Of a stretch of DNA of 64,000 bases, positions 10,797 through 24,567 are shown piece after piece; the first letter of the stretch is position 1; each line of letters starts with the position of its first letter. The notes below the pieces were generated by a model. The model had not been told where the DNA came from and did no database searches. It saw nothing but the letters and a program-made list of their open reading frames with translations. Origin of the DNA: Azolla caroliniana (lineage: Eukaryota > Plantae > Polypodiophyta); assembly GCA_043228905.1 (NCBI GenBank), contig JBHGNT010000006.1:1860001-1924000 (forward strand), given 5' to 3'. The translations under genes were made by a program, and so were the position numbers.

Positions 10797-13700
10797 ATGC
10801 CTGCACCTGTGGTCGATCGCTCCTACCTGACCGCCATCGAGAAGGTTCGTCGTGACCTTCGTGCTTTCATTGCGGAGAAAAACTGTGCTCCTTTGATGCT
10901 TCGTTTAGCGTAAGCTCTTCTTCTACTTCTCCTTAAATCATCCTTTCGTTATACTGTCTCATGGGCCAATTTTGGCCTTAGAAGACGTTAATATATCGTT
11001 CTTTCTTTCTAGAATCCCGTTTTGGCGCATACTTCTTTACGCTGATTCTTCGTCAGTCTTACATCTTCTTTGTTATCTTCTCATTTTTCTAATTTATCTC
11101 ATTCACCACCATCATTATCTTCTTCTTGGAAGTGTGCTCCTTTGATGCCATATTTGGTCTATCTTGCTCTTTGATTATTTATTTGGCATAAATTTTCATC
11201 CTTTCATGAAGTATTCATCACCTCGATCATTTTCATCTAACTTCTTTGTCCTCATTTTGCTCATCTTCTCGTTTTCCTCTCTCAACCGTGATCCATCCCC
11301 TTTTGATTGAATTGTGCATCCTTTGAAGCTTCTTATGACATAATTCTTCTCCCATCAGTTTTTGTTTGACATAAGTTCATAATCCTTCACATGTTCATGC
11401 TTTTGGTTTAATGTGTTTCCTTTCAGTCCATCTTGGCCATAATTCTTATCCTTCGATGCTTCTTTTGGCATAATGTTACTTTTTTCATGCTATTTTGACA
11501 TAATGTGTCTCCTTTTGATATATGTTTGGCACAAGTCTTCTCATTCTTGTTGGTTCTGCTCCATTTAATGTAAGTATTTCTCTTCTTCTATGTTTTTGGT
11601 CTATATTCGTAGAGGCATATATATAGATATATTCCCAATCTGATGTTGGTTTCATACATTAATTTTCTCAACCATTTGTATGTGATGCTCGATTTATTTT
11701 CTGTTTTCTGTTTTTATAGTTGGCATGATGCGGGCACCTATGATGCAAAAACTAAGACTGGTGGAGCCAATGGATCAATAAGGACTGAGAAGGAGAGCAG
11801 TCATGGTGCAAATGCCGGGATTAACATCGCATTAGGGTTTTGTGGTATGCCATGAATGAAAAACTTATCGTTGCAATACATCAATGTGCTAGTCTATGGT
11901 GTTTTCCTGAATGCATTGTCCATATAACTTTAATATGAAATGAGAACAAAAACTCCCTGTTCTCCCAGGTTTTTTCTTTATCTCCCAAATGCCTCTGCTC
12001 CAAACCCTCAGAAGGGATGGGAAAATGGGGACGAGTTGATCATATGCTTGTTCAAAATATTACATAAATTTTTGGGTGGGCCATGGTTCTAGGGGGTAAT
12101 GGAAAACCCAACAGTGTTCTGAATTGGTCTGAAAAATCTGTAGAAATTGATAATAGAGCACAAAATAATTTATTTTGTGCACCAATGATTTGGTTTTCAG
12201 TAGTTGTGACGCTATCCAGCTTGTGAAGTCCATTATTTTAGCTGTGGAATATTTCCATAATTGAGTCTCTTCATATTTTTCATCTAACACACTTTCTTAT
12301 GTGCTAGTATTTTCAAATATCGCATTTATATTATTTAAATTTGTTTCACAGAGTCCAATGTGTTCTTTATGAAGCTTAGGAGTTGTTCCTACTATGTTTG
12401 TATCAACTCACGGGGCTTAGATTTACCTTTTTGCATTGATTATCTTAGGCATTATAATAGTCATGTTTCCATTTTTGTTGTAATCCTTCATTGTATATGT
12501 TTTAACCTTAAAATAATACTTCCATTAGCATATAAATTCTTCGACATTGCATCATTTTTTGTGAAGAAAATCATGTGTGATAGTAATGCTTTCATTCACA
12601 TATTAATTCTTCAACATTGCACCATTTTTTGTATAGAGGATATAAAGGCGAAGTATCCTAATCTTACATATGCGGATTTATACCAGGTGTGTAGTCAATG
12701 AAGTTAATGGCGTTTTTAAATAACCATACAGTATTGTAGACAGCATATGTGGGATCTTTTTTGTTTAGGATGATTCTGCTCTTTAAATTCCTCGTTTTTG
12801 CTTTAGTCTTAATATTATCAATTTATAAATGTATTCCAGGATCTTTTTTTGTTTCATACTCATTTGTTTCTTAGGTTCCTTCAGTCTACTTTCCATAGTA
12901 TTCTCCAATAAATGTTATGCATGTTGATTGTAGTTGGCTGGCGTAGTTGCTGTTGAAGTTACTGGGGGTCCCACTATTGATTTTGTTCCAGGCCGCAAGG
13001 TTCTCTAACACTTCTTTTGAACATACAAAAGTATCTTTACAGAGTTTTTTAGCGTCAAAACTATTTTGTAAGATGTTTTTTCCCTGTAACTAAACCTCTC
13101 CTATATCCAGGATTCTATTGCGTCCCCACCTGAAGGACGTCTTCCAGATGCTAACAAGGGTATGCTCTTCGCAATAGCTACATATAAAATGTGCTCAATG
13201 AAAGAATTATTGTAGTTTGTAAACAAATTCAGTGCTAGGTGCACAATATTATAATTGTCAAAAGCACGAGTTTGTTTTGTGTTCAATATTACGTAATCAA
13301 CTTTCAAGTCATTGCTTGTGTCAGAAAGTTAAGACATCCAAATATACAGATTTAGAAATTCCTGATTAACCAAGCTTGTGTTTTTGTTGCCCATTTCAAA
13401 GGCCCGCAACATTTACGGGATATATTTTTTAGGATGGGTCTATCAGATAAGGACATTGTTGCTTTGTCCGGAGGACACACTTTGGTGAGTTTCATCTTTG
13501 TTTTAAGACTTTTATGTTTTTAAAATTAAGTGGCATGGACTTGTAATATTAATTGTGCTATCATATATAGGGGAGAGCTCATAAAGATAGATCTGGGTTT
13601 GAGGGAGCCTGGACTCGACAGCCATTGAAGTTTGACAATTCTTATTTCATGTAAGACATTGATATGTTTCATTTGAGGTTTTCCTAAGCACTGAAGTATT

Positions 13701-14828
13701 TGTATGTGATATATGCATGTGTTGTGTGTATGGTATGTTTGGATATGTAATATGCCATCCAACTTGGAATATAAATTAAATGGCTAAACATTTATGCATA
13801 AATTACCAAAAAAAGGGTAGTATTGAGTCAATCAACTGCTTGACTGAGGGAGCTTGGACTCGACAACCTTTGAAGTTTGATGATTCATATTTTATGAAAG
13901 ATATATTGATATGTTGCTTTTGAGTTTTTTCTAAACACAGTAGTATTTGTATGTGATATATGCATGTGTTGTGTGTATGGTATGTTTGGATACGTAATAG
14001 GACATCCAAATTAGAATATAATGGAAAATTACCAAAAACAGGGTATTGAGTTTTTTTGGGTGTGATTGTAGATGTGTGTATAGTATGATGCAAACAAATT
14101 ATATGCGGAAGGAGTAAGCATTTGGGCATAAATTAGCAAAAGAAGGGTAGTATTGAGTTTTCTTGGGTGTGTTATTGTAGATGCGGGGGTATATTATTAA
14201 TACACATTATATACATTTGTCATCTTTGATTCTTGCATAATTTATTCATGTTACACTAAAGAGGACCATGGGTATTCATTTCAAGCATTTGGGCATAAAT
14301 TACCAAAAGAAGGGTAGTATTGAGTTTTCTTGCGTGTGTTATTGTAGATGCGGGGGTATATTATTATACACACATCATCTTTGATTCTTGCATAATTGAT
14401 TCATGTTACACTAAAGAGGACCATGGGTATTCATTTCAGTGAACTGCTCAAGGGAGAGTCTGAGGGTTTGCTTCAGCTACCTACTGATAAATGTCTACTT
14501 GAAGATGAAGTATTCCGTCCCTATGTTGAATTATATGCAAGGGTTAGTATTGTTACTGCAAAATCTTAAGTTATTGCACAAATTTGGGTATTGTGGCGTC
14601 CTAAAGTTGGGTAGTTATATACAGGATGAAGAAGTGTTCTTCAAAGATTATGCAGAATCACACAAGAAGCTTTCTGAACTCGGGTTTTCCCCAAGTTCTG
14701 CTCCAAAGGACCTTGTCAATAGCCCAACCGTGGTGTTGGCACAGAGTGCTGTTGGAGTAATTGCTACTGCAGTGGTGATTATCCTCGGCTATCTCTATGA
14801 AGCTCGAAGAAATGTTAAAGCTAAGTAG
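10797..14828 (+). CDS. APX3: Peroxisomal membrane-bound ascorbate peroxidase (APX3-like), 9 exons
   Basis: Exons 10797-10909, 11720-11844, 12637-12686, 12934-12999, 13111-13159, 13402-13484, 13571-13650, 14440-14542, 14625-14828. Motifs [16 protein letters not shown] and [15 protein letters not shown]; C-terminal TM helix plus basic tail ([10 protein letters not shown]). Confidence 0.95.
13845..14060 (+). repeat. Partial duplicate of APX exon 7 and following intron
   Basis: Matches ~13600-13830; donor GTAAG has become GAAAG in the copy. Confidence 0.88.
14118..14439 (+). repeat. ~165-bp tandem duplication ending at the APX exon 8 acceptor
   Basis: Copies at ~14118-14284 and ~14284-14439, ending TCATTTCAAG and TCATTTCAG respectively. 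Confidence 0.9.
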
Positions 14829-16970
14829 ATCTATAATATGCATCCATGGTAATGCTTGCCTTATGTGAATTGATACTATATTCTGAAGGATGATACAATT
14901 TATTTCTATTTGGACACATCATTCGACTAAAGAATGGTTATAAATTCCTGGGGCCTAATGATTCTCCATTATAAAAAATTCTTGTTTCTGAAGGATTTGT
15001 GGTCGTAAGTAACTTATGATTATGTATCTGTGTCTGATGGTGATGTATCTTCTCATGTTTCTATTTCTTGTGTTTGATTGATAATATATGCTCATGTCAT
15101 ATTTTCATGTTTCAATTTTATCTTCTAAACTATTTTATCAATATTATATAATCTACTGGCTAAATATGAGATGAGTTTGTACCCACGGGAAAACTTTACC
15201 ATTTTATGATTTGCATCAAACATGTATGCTTGGTTAATTGCCTCGTTAAGAATTAATTTAGCTACTTGTACAAAACTTAGTACTAATTGATGTCTAATTA
15301 GAGTGGGTATTATTGTCTTAATTGGATTATAGTGAAGTGCATTAATCCAAAGAATTAGAAATGTTATGTGCATACAAATACTTTCATGATTATGAGGTTT
15401 GATAATTTTGAACATATTAATTGTGTAATTAATCATATTTAGATGTGAATGTTTACGGTTGCTTAAATTACTAAACTATCAGTACAATTGCTTAAATTAC
15501 TAACTATCAATGATAGATTGTTGAAATTGATCAAATGTACACTCATTTGATATGGACCACTTTGTTTATGATGGAATTAAGTTATTAAACTATCCTCCCA
15601 TATTACATGTCATGGAGGAGCTCCAACATGGTACACATGTCTTTTATCGTTCTGGGTTCCGGGTGGAGTTTATGGTAGTGTAGGTATTGTAATTCTCTAT
15701 TTGTGATATCCTTGTTCCATTAGGTAATGGCTCCCATGAATAAGACATACGGTTTATCGTTTATGTGTGGTGTTGCCATGTTAAACATGTGAAACCATTC
15801 CGTATGTGTGCATCTCTAATTAGAAGATAATATCATGAATAACATCCAATTCGGTACATATCATGAGCATATCATTAATCTGAAGCTCAAGTACATTTCC
15901 TAGGTTAAATTATGAAACCATTTTGCATGCATTGTGTGTTCAATTAAAAGAAGATACTGAAATGATGGAGGTGTTTCACCCCAACTCGAGTGCGTTCAAC
16001 TATTTAAATGATTTGGCCTTTGAAAGAAAACCATCCAATTGTTATAAACCATTCATCAAATGAGCATCAAGTTATTACACCTTTGAAAGAAAAAGGAAAG
16101 TTTATATAACCAATACCTAGGAGACAATAAACGTCATTGTTGTCCTTCGCTTAATCTACCAATCTATAACTTCATGACAAAACCATCAAATGTTACAAAA
16201 TCATTCATTCGAACATTTATCCCTTGAAAAGTTTCACGTTATATTACTTTCATAGTCTCCTTGACACAAAAAGAAGACATTGTCTTGCTCTCACCCATTG
16301 CCTTTTGTGTTAGACTTTTTAAAATAGAGTTTTGGATAAGGTATGTATGTGGATTGGATTATGACTAGAACTCGAACCATTATATTAAAAGCATCATGAT
16401 TGTGATTGTGATTAAAGACGAGGATGAACATGAAGCAAAAGGGAAATCATCATGTGAGAATTGCCTCGGACCCGGTGTGAGATGAGAGAAGTGGTGCAAA
16501 CCGTTGCAAGAAATGTAGGGAAAGGGATTAGAGCATATCGCTATACACATTTGTAGTTAATACGTTTTTGAAAGCACAAAGGGCACTTGGGCGCATAGAT
16601 GGTAGGTGTCGAATAAGTGGGTGCTATGCTAGGGTCATGCCATGCCATGCCATGGAGATGATCATATGGATGGTGGCCTTCATTTTCCTTCCCTTCCGTG
16701 GCATAGAAAATGACTAAATGTGGTGGTGGTGGTGGTGGTGGTGCTAGGGTTTGGGGGGCAAGGGGCATTTGAGAAATAATGAGAAATGAGGGAGGGCATT
16801 TCGGGAAATAAGGAAACTTATGACGGGCATCACCGGGTTAAATAAATAGAGAATTAAGAAAACACGAGAGAGAGGTGAGGGGAGGAGGGAAAAGGAAAAA
16901 AAACCTGCTCTCTCCAACATTCAAGAAGAATCAGAAGAAGAAAGAGAAACCCTCGACTGCCTCCACTGCC

Positions 16971-16978
16971 AAACCCTA
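16971..16978 (+). promoter_or_regulatory. Telo-box in PRP39 promoter/5'UTR
   Basis: AAACCCTA just before the 5'UTR intron donor at 17052/17053; reverse copy TAGGGTTT at ~16745. Motif match only. Confidence 0.45.
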
Positions 16979-18032
16979 GAATCGCAGCTCTTCTTCGTCT
17001 TTCCTCTTCCCGTGGAAATACATCGATTACAGAAGAAGAAAGTCCCTTCAAGGTATTTCCTTCCTCCTTCCTGCATAGATTTGCATTTCCCTCTCCATTC
17101 CACTTTTCGCCTTAACACAGTTCTTGTTCGTTATTCTTCTTATGGAAATTGATCGATTGCAAAAGAAGAAAGCATCTGACGGACATTTCATTATTCCCTT
17201 TAATGTTTTACCTTCCTCTTTTTTCTGTCTTACACATTTTCTCTTCATTCACAAATGTCTACACCCTTCTCCTTTCCTTTTTCGTTGTCCATGGTTTGGT
17301 TTTGCTTTCCTATCTCCGTTCGCTAGAACGAACGCTGTGAATAAGCGCGGATCACTGTTTCATTTATCCCTTTTCCGGTAGAGTCATCATTGTATACAGC
17401 TTCAGTGATGTTATCGTTTTGTTATTTTTCTCTAAGTTAGAATGATATTTTCAACAGTCTTGATTCTTCTTGTATATTTGGCTTCAACTTCTTTAACGAG
17501 ATTTAATTTCTGCAAGCGTCCTTCTGCCTTGTCAAACGGCTTATTGGAATAAATTTTCTGCACTCGTTTTTGCTTCCAGAAAACCATCCCAAGATGTGTC
17601 ATTGTGTCGATTATTTTTATTCCATAGAATTAGTAGAAAGAGTGAAAGTGAAGTTTCTTCTATTTTAGGCGTGACTTTCTTTTTTTATATTTGTAATTGC
17701 CTACAGTACCTGATTTTTCCTTTCTCTGGAGGTTCTGACATTTTTAGTTTTTCATTTTAGTTTGAATATTTCTTTTTTTAATAATTACTGTGTCAAGATT
17801 TCGATTCATAGATTTCCTTTTTAGGCCCATCTTTTCTCCTAACCATGGTTCCTGATAAATCATTCTTCAAAATTTGATTGTCTTATTCATAGATTGAACC
17901 ATGCGTGATATTTGTGGTATTCGCCATCCATAATATTCGAGAATACAAAATGACCCAAAGAATATTAACCATTCGTTTATTTATTTATTGTTTAAAAAAA
18001 CAAATATGATTTATTATTTATTTAACCATTCG

Positions 18033-18366
18033 AGTAAAAAGTGGGGGATTAATGAACCTTTTATTCATTTATTATTAAAAATAGAACAAATACTTGTAAG
18101 TTTGATATATATTATAAAAATATTATTAGTGTGACGTCCCATTTTTAATGTTAGATAAAAATATCAAATTTTGTGGGAAAGTAAAAAGTGAGGAATCAAT
18201 GAACCTTTTATTTATTTACTTATTTATTTATTTTTATTATTTTATGAAAAATAAAACAAATACTTTTAAGTTTTATATCTATTATAAAAATAATATTAGT
18301 GTGAGCTCCCCTTTTTAATAAAAATATCAAATTTTGTGGGAGAGTAAAAAGTGTGGAGTTAATGAA
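18033..18366. repeat. ~150-160 bp AT-rich tandem duplication in PRP39 5'UTR intron
   Basis: GTAAAAAGTG...AATGAA unit starts at ~18033, ~18181 and ~18344 (partial). Confidence 0.8.
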
Positions 18367-18426
18367 AATTGTATTTAAGAACTTTTGAAGTCTTATTTCA
18401 TGTTAAATGCAGACATTTGAGGGATT

Positions 18427-21400
18427 ATGGAGGATCAAATGGAAACAGGGGATGGTTATGGTGGTGGTGCAGATCAGAAATACACAGGAGTTGATGGCTC
18501 TGTAGAAGTCTTGACATCGGGAGTCCCTGCTGTGGTGATGGAATCATCAACTATTTTTCCAGATGATGCCACAATGACTGAGAACCAACCACAATTCGAT
18601 GCAAATAATAGTACTCTTGCTGTCGATACAGGTGTTGAAACACAACCTCATCTTGAAGACCCTACAGGTTTGATTTTATGTTTTTGTATTTGTGTTTTAC
18701 AGCATTTTTTCCATCTGTGTCATGAGTGTTTAGATTTATGGGTTTAGAGTTGTATGTGTGATGTGAAACGTGTCGTTTGGTTGTCAAAAGTTTATTATGT
18801 CATGAGAAATTAGGGAGTTTACTTTGTTATGTGATGAGACCCTACAGGTTTGATTTTAGGTTTTTGTATTTGTGTTTTCCAGAATTTTTTCAATCCGTGT
18901 CATTAGTGTTTAGATTTATTGGTTTAGAGTTGTATGTGTGACGTGAAATGTGTTCTTTGGCTGTCAAAGTTTATCATGTCATGCAAAATTAGGGATTTGA
19001 CTTTGTTATGTGGTGTATTTCTTGTATACTTGGCTATGTTCTGGGCTGCGCCTAGGAAATTAGTTATGCCAACATTGATTTGACTTTTTTCATTAAGAAA
19101 TGATTATGAGAGTGGTTAAAATAAGTAAGCATTTTTATTTTATTTGGAAAGTTGTATTATCTTTTTTCACAGCATTATTATGAAGTGAAATTCATTTTAC
19201 CAACAGCAATTGCTGTATGATACTTTCCACAATGCTGATGAGTATGGATCAATTATAGCCTCTGGAAACTATAAATACCTATCCTCATATGTTTTCTGGT
19301 CCTATTCACATTCCAACACAAAGAACTCTGTCTATAACACAAAGCTCCTGGTGGACTGTTATTCAAAGCAACTGAAAGCTTTATCATTAGTAAAATATAT
19401 CCAAATAAATATTACTTTTTCTATGTCTTCAAGTTTGTCCATGTCCTAACTGTAGTCTTTGGGTTTGTTCTTACAGAGGAGGAGAGATTGTGGAGCATTG
19501 TAAAGGTTAATACTGCAGACTTCACAGCTTGGACTGCACTCATTCAAGAAGTAGATAAATTGGTGTGGCTTCTTTCTTCTATGTAGTATGGATAAAATAG
19601 AGTTGAGATTCGTGGCCGAGTTTCGGCTTGCTGAACATTATATATAAGCCTGGCTGTGTTTTAGTTTATGGTATAATTATGTGTATGTATATATTCATTG
19701 TTGATTTGGAATAAGACTCTCGTTTTATTATGAATCTTGGATGTGCTAGATGTCTCTTGACAAAGTGGTATATAAGCATGTGATGAAGTCTTATTGTGTA
19801 TCTATGTGGCAAATGTCATGATTTATAGGTTATTGTATCTTTTGTTTCTATGCTACTAATATCTGATTTAAAATTTTTCCATTGCAGGATATTATAGAGA
19901 GAATTCAGAGGGTGTATGACACCTTTTTGTCAGAGTTTCCTTTATGCTATGGGTACTGGAAAAAGTATGCAGATCATGAAGGTCGCCTTGGAACCCATGA
20001 AAGTGTTATTGCAGTGTATGAACGAGCTGTTCAGGCAGTCACTTACTCTGTGGATATTTGGACACACTATTGTTCATATGTGATTAGCAAGCAGGAGGAT
20101 TCCAATGATGTTCGCAGGTATACTAGGCAAATTCTCATTGTCTTTGATGTTACTTGGTTTCTTCATTTGCTCATTGGCAGGCATGAAATTGTATTTTGAC
20201 TTCCTATTTGGAAATGGTTCCAAAATCCTTGTATCTTGTTTGGAATGCCTGCCATTCTTTCTAACAAATGGTTGGTATTACTGCAGCTATTGGTTCTTCC
20301 TATTTTGGCTATCAGGCGAGACGGTTTGGCCTATTTGGTTGCTTTAGAACAGTTATTCTTTTCTTTTTGAAATACTTTTTTATGTGTGTTTTTATATATG
20401 TGATGTTATTAGTGCATGTTATGTCACCAAAGTAATGTAGGCTAGTCTTACTTGAATCTATAGAGGGTCTTTTTATATCGGACATACAACTGAACTATGG
20501 TGCTGTGGAAGAACGAACTCAATGATCCAATGAGGCTGTGAACACCATTCCATGTTGCGGATATAGTATATTTGTGCAGGAAGGTAAATGTAGCACATTT
20601 GTGCACATTTTTGGCAGTATCAAACTGATCTTGCAGTGTAAAATTTCCATCTAATCCAACTTGTAATCCAGGCTTTTGTGGTTTGAAACATGCCCTCAAA
20701 CTTTTGCACTAATTTGATCACATCATAGTTAGATAAGTCTTTGCCTCCTTGATTTGCAGGCTCTTTGAGCGTGGCCTTTCGTATGTAGGGACTGATTACT
20801 TGTCCCACATATTGTGGGACAAGTATTTAGAATTTGAGACAAGTCTGAATGACATCAACCGTATTTCTCAAATTTATACAAGGATCATCCAAATTCCCAT
20901 CCAGCAGTTGGATAGATATTACCATGGGTATGTGGCTTTTACTGATGAGTATTCCTTTCAATTGTATGGCTTTTGTCAGATTTATCACTTCATACATGTA
21001 TTGTTTGTTAGGTACAAGCAATTTATATCTTTGCACACACTTGATGAACTTCTAACACCAGAAGAAAAGGCAGAATATGGAGCAACCAACTCTTCAGGTG
21101 CTGATGGAGAAACAGCAGAGGGTGTAGGATCAGAAGGTGAAGTTGGTGGATCTAATGAGGTTTCTATTGACAATAAAGGCTCCACCAAACCTGTTCTTAC
21201 AGATGAAGAAAAGTTTGTGAAGTTTAATCAGGTAAGAGAGGAAATGTATAAGGCAGCTAAAGAACAGGATTCCAGAATCGTTGAGTACGAGTCAGCAATA
21301 CGAAGGCCTTACTTCCATGTAAAACCTCTTGATGATGCCCAACTGGCAAACTGGCATAACTATCTGGACTTTATTGAAAAGGAAGGAGATTTTTCTAAGG

Positions 21401-24400
21401 TGATCTTTTTCATTGAACGCTTATCTGAGTGGCCTAAGTTACCTGATGTTAATTCTGATTGTTTGAGAAATATATTTGCTCGATTTCAGGTTGTAAAACT
21501 GCATGAGCGTTGTTTAATAGCATGTGCAAATTATCCAGAGTATTGGATTCGATACATTCAGTGCACAGATCTTGAAGGAACCATGGAATATGCAGCGGAT
21601 GCATTGTGTCGAGCAACACAAATATTTGTAAAGGTTAGGAGTTGAGCAACTGGTTCTTTTATATTTCTTATGAGTAGAAAGGGATCAGGCTTAATCTTTC
21701 GGTGTTTGCTGATAAATTTCCATTTGTTTGAGCTTGGAAACTCAAAACAATGGTCACTTTGTTGACATAAATTTCAATTGGTTTGGGCTTGAAAACTCAA
21801 AACATTTCAAGGTACCATTCATTTAATCTCTGAGATATTCTAGGAGACAAACTTAGCCCTTTACCCAGCAACCAAGTACTTAATGTGATCTCTGCTTCTC
21901 AAATTGACTCATCTTTATTTAATTTTTGGGAACTTCGAAAGCCTGAGCTATAGGTTTAATGTTTAAAAATGAACAATGTATGATTGATTTTAGAGCCTAA
22001 TCCAGTCAGTGGCTTTTTATTGTAACAAGCTGCATGTCGAGTAAACCTTCTTGTCTTCTAGGTATTGGTTATTGCCTAGTATATTTGTGAGTTGAACACA
22101 ATAGTGTAGCAGCGATACTCTTTTCTGTTTGAAGTATGATCAAGGCAACAATCATGAAGTTTTAAAATTGGCTCGTGTTGATGAACTGAGCAAGAGTATT
22201 TGTTTGACAGAGACGTCCAGAGATTCACTTGTTTGCAGCAAGGTTTAAAGAAGAGCATGGAGATATTGATGGTGCTCGATTTGAATATGAATTATTAAAT
22301 TCAAATTTAGCTCCTGGTCTCCTTGAAAGTGTAGTTAAGGCAGCTAATTTTGAGCATCGGCAGGTACATGATATCCAGTGTATATATAATTTATCATATC
22401 TTCTTTGGAAGCTACAGTTATTCTTATAAGCTTTATTTTTCAGGGTAACACAGAAGGTGTTTGTACAGTATATACATATGCCATTGAGTATGAAAAATCA
22501 AAAGGCGAGTCACGATCTCTACCGTTATTGTTCATTCAGTATGCTCGCTATCTTGATCAGGTATGCAGATCCATAGTATTCTTGCAAGTTAATATCTGGT
22601 GTGGGCATTATTTCTTTTAGGAAATGCTTTAGCATCTATATATGAGCATCAAATAGTAATTGTGGCTATCCATTGATAATTCGGGCATTTAAATCTTGAA
22701 AACAATTCATGAGTCAGATATATCTGATCTAATCCTGGTTTTCTTATGGTTTAGGTAGCAATGAATACAGAGAAAGCTAGGGAAGTCTATGCAGTCAGAT
22801 GTATCTGATCTAATCCTGGTTTTCTTATGGTTTAGGTAGCAATGAATACTGAGAAAGCTAGGGAAGTCTATGCAGATGCGTTGTCTTTGTTACCTCTGTC
22901 AAAGATACTCTGGGAGGTATGAAATCATGCATTTATGTTCATTGCTCAATAGCTATATGCTCAAGTTCTCCTGTTTATAAACTGTGTAAGACAAATTTTG
23001 GTCTTTTGGCCTGTTCACTGATGTTAAAATACTTTTCCGTGTTTTTCATTTCAGGCATTGATTCATTTTGAAGCTTATCGATCAGGGCCAAAAGATATAG
23101 ATCGATTGGATACGCTTATTGAACAAGCTATTAGTGCCTCCAAAGCTGATGCTTTGGTGATGAATCCTATGGACAGAGAAGAAATATCAAGTATCTACCT
23201 TGAGGTGAAGGTTTTTGCCACTTTGCTGTTTCATGTTATGATGGCATGAATAAACTCACATTCTAGTTCTTAAAAGTATACATGGTTACAGTTTCTTGAT
23301 TTTTATGGGGACCTGCCAAGAACAAAAAAAGCAGAAGCTCGACATATGCAACTCTTCCCACTAAGGAAAAGTGGCAAAGAATCAAGAAAACGTTCTTTAT
23401 CTGATGGTGCTGCATCTGAAAAAGCAAAGGTTCTGAAAGCTTATGGCACAGCTGTTTCACCCAGTAATGCGGTAACTCCAGCTCTTGCTAATGGTCAGGC
23501 TCAATGGAGTGCTGCAGCATATGGCCAACAAAGTTATGCTCAGCCACAGGGTTGGCAGCAACCACCTTCTGCTCAGCAAGCCCCTCAGACACAACCACAA
23601 CAATGGAATGCTGGTTACAGTACTCAGCAGGTAGGGGATAAGACAAGCGTAGTATGTGATCAATCAATTCAACAAAATTTATAATGTAACTAGTTATTAC
23701 TTGTCATCCTATGCAAAAGGATTAGGTTACTAGCCATGCATAGTAGCTATGATTAATATACAAAATCTATGATGCAACTAGTTATTGTTGTTATCCGAGG
23801 CTATCACTGATCGGGTTATTTGACATCAGCTATATGATGAATTGAATGAAAGCTATCATGTTGTAAGTTGCTACTGTCATTGTAGGCTGGCTATAATCCT
23901 TACGGAAGTTATGGGACATATCCGCAACAGCAGGCAGTGGCAGCTCCTACACAACTGCCAGCTGCTGCCGCATATGGTAGCTACCCACAGAACTACGCAC
24001 CACAGGTACATTGCATTTTGTCATTATCTGTTGCTTATCAAGAACTAACAAAACTGTGCACTTCAAGATATGATATATGTTCAGATAAAAGAAAGCTATT
24101 CTGCGAATGCCCATGTATGAAGAATATGCACTTTCTTGTTATTTCCATTTAACAATACAATTCATTTATGAAGAATAAACGACACTGCTTTGTTTGATGG
24201 CATGTAGCAATACCTTTTCTTTACCGAGAATACGCAGCATTGTTTATTACATGTGGTATTATAAAGAATACTCTATTTTGTTTGATGGCATGTGAGTATA
24301 CATCATACTTTTCAATAATACACTGGTTTGTTTAGTCATGTTCAAACACTAATTTGTTTATGAAGAAAGTGTTTATTTATTAGAATGTGATGATAATATA

Positions 24401-24567
24401 GTGTATTAATAATTATTCTTTAGTTTGATGGCGAGTAATAATCTGAAGGAATGACATTTGGGCAGGCATTTCCACAGCAACAGAGTTATGCTCAGCAGCC
24501 ATCATATAGCCAGCAACAAGTAGCCCCAGCACAGCAGGGTTATTATGCTGCTCCTTATTATTCGTGA
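18427..24567 (+). CDS. PRP39: Pre-mRNA processing factor 39 (HAT-repeat U1 snRNP protein)
   Basis: Exons 18427-18667, 19477-19562, 19888-20117, 20760-20927, 21012-21399, 21490-21633, 22211-22363, 22444-22560, 22836-22916, 23055-23204, 23292-23630, 23886-24005, 24466-24567. Motifs [41 protein letters not shown]; Q/Y-rich tail. 5'UTR intron 17053-18412. Confidence 0.95.
18657..19015 (+). repeat. 180-bp tandem duplication including the first coding-exon donor of PRP39
   Basis: AGACCCTACAG|GTTTGATTTT occurs with donors at 18667 and 18847. Confidence 0.9.
22712..22874 (+). repeat. 81-bp tandem duplication of a PRP39 acceptor and exon start
   Basis: Near-identical units at 22712 and 22793; acceptors open exons at 22755 and 22836. 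Confidence 0.95.

Noticed and set aside
9798-10830. Many overlapping small ORFs (YMHACIH, CVCV types)
   Set aside because: Translations of CA/CATA microsatellites; the same applies to 33914-34266 and 60307-60667.
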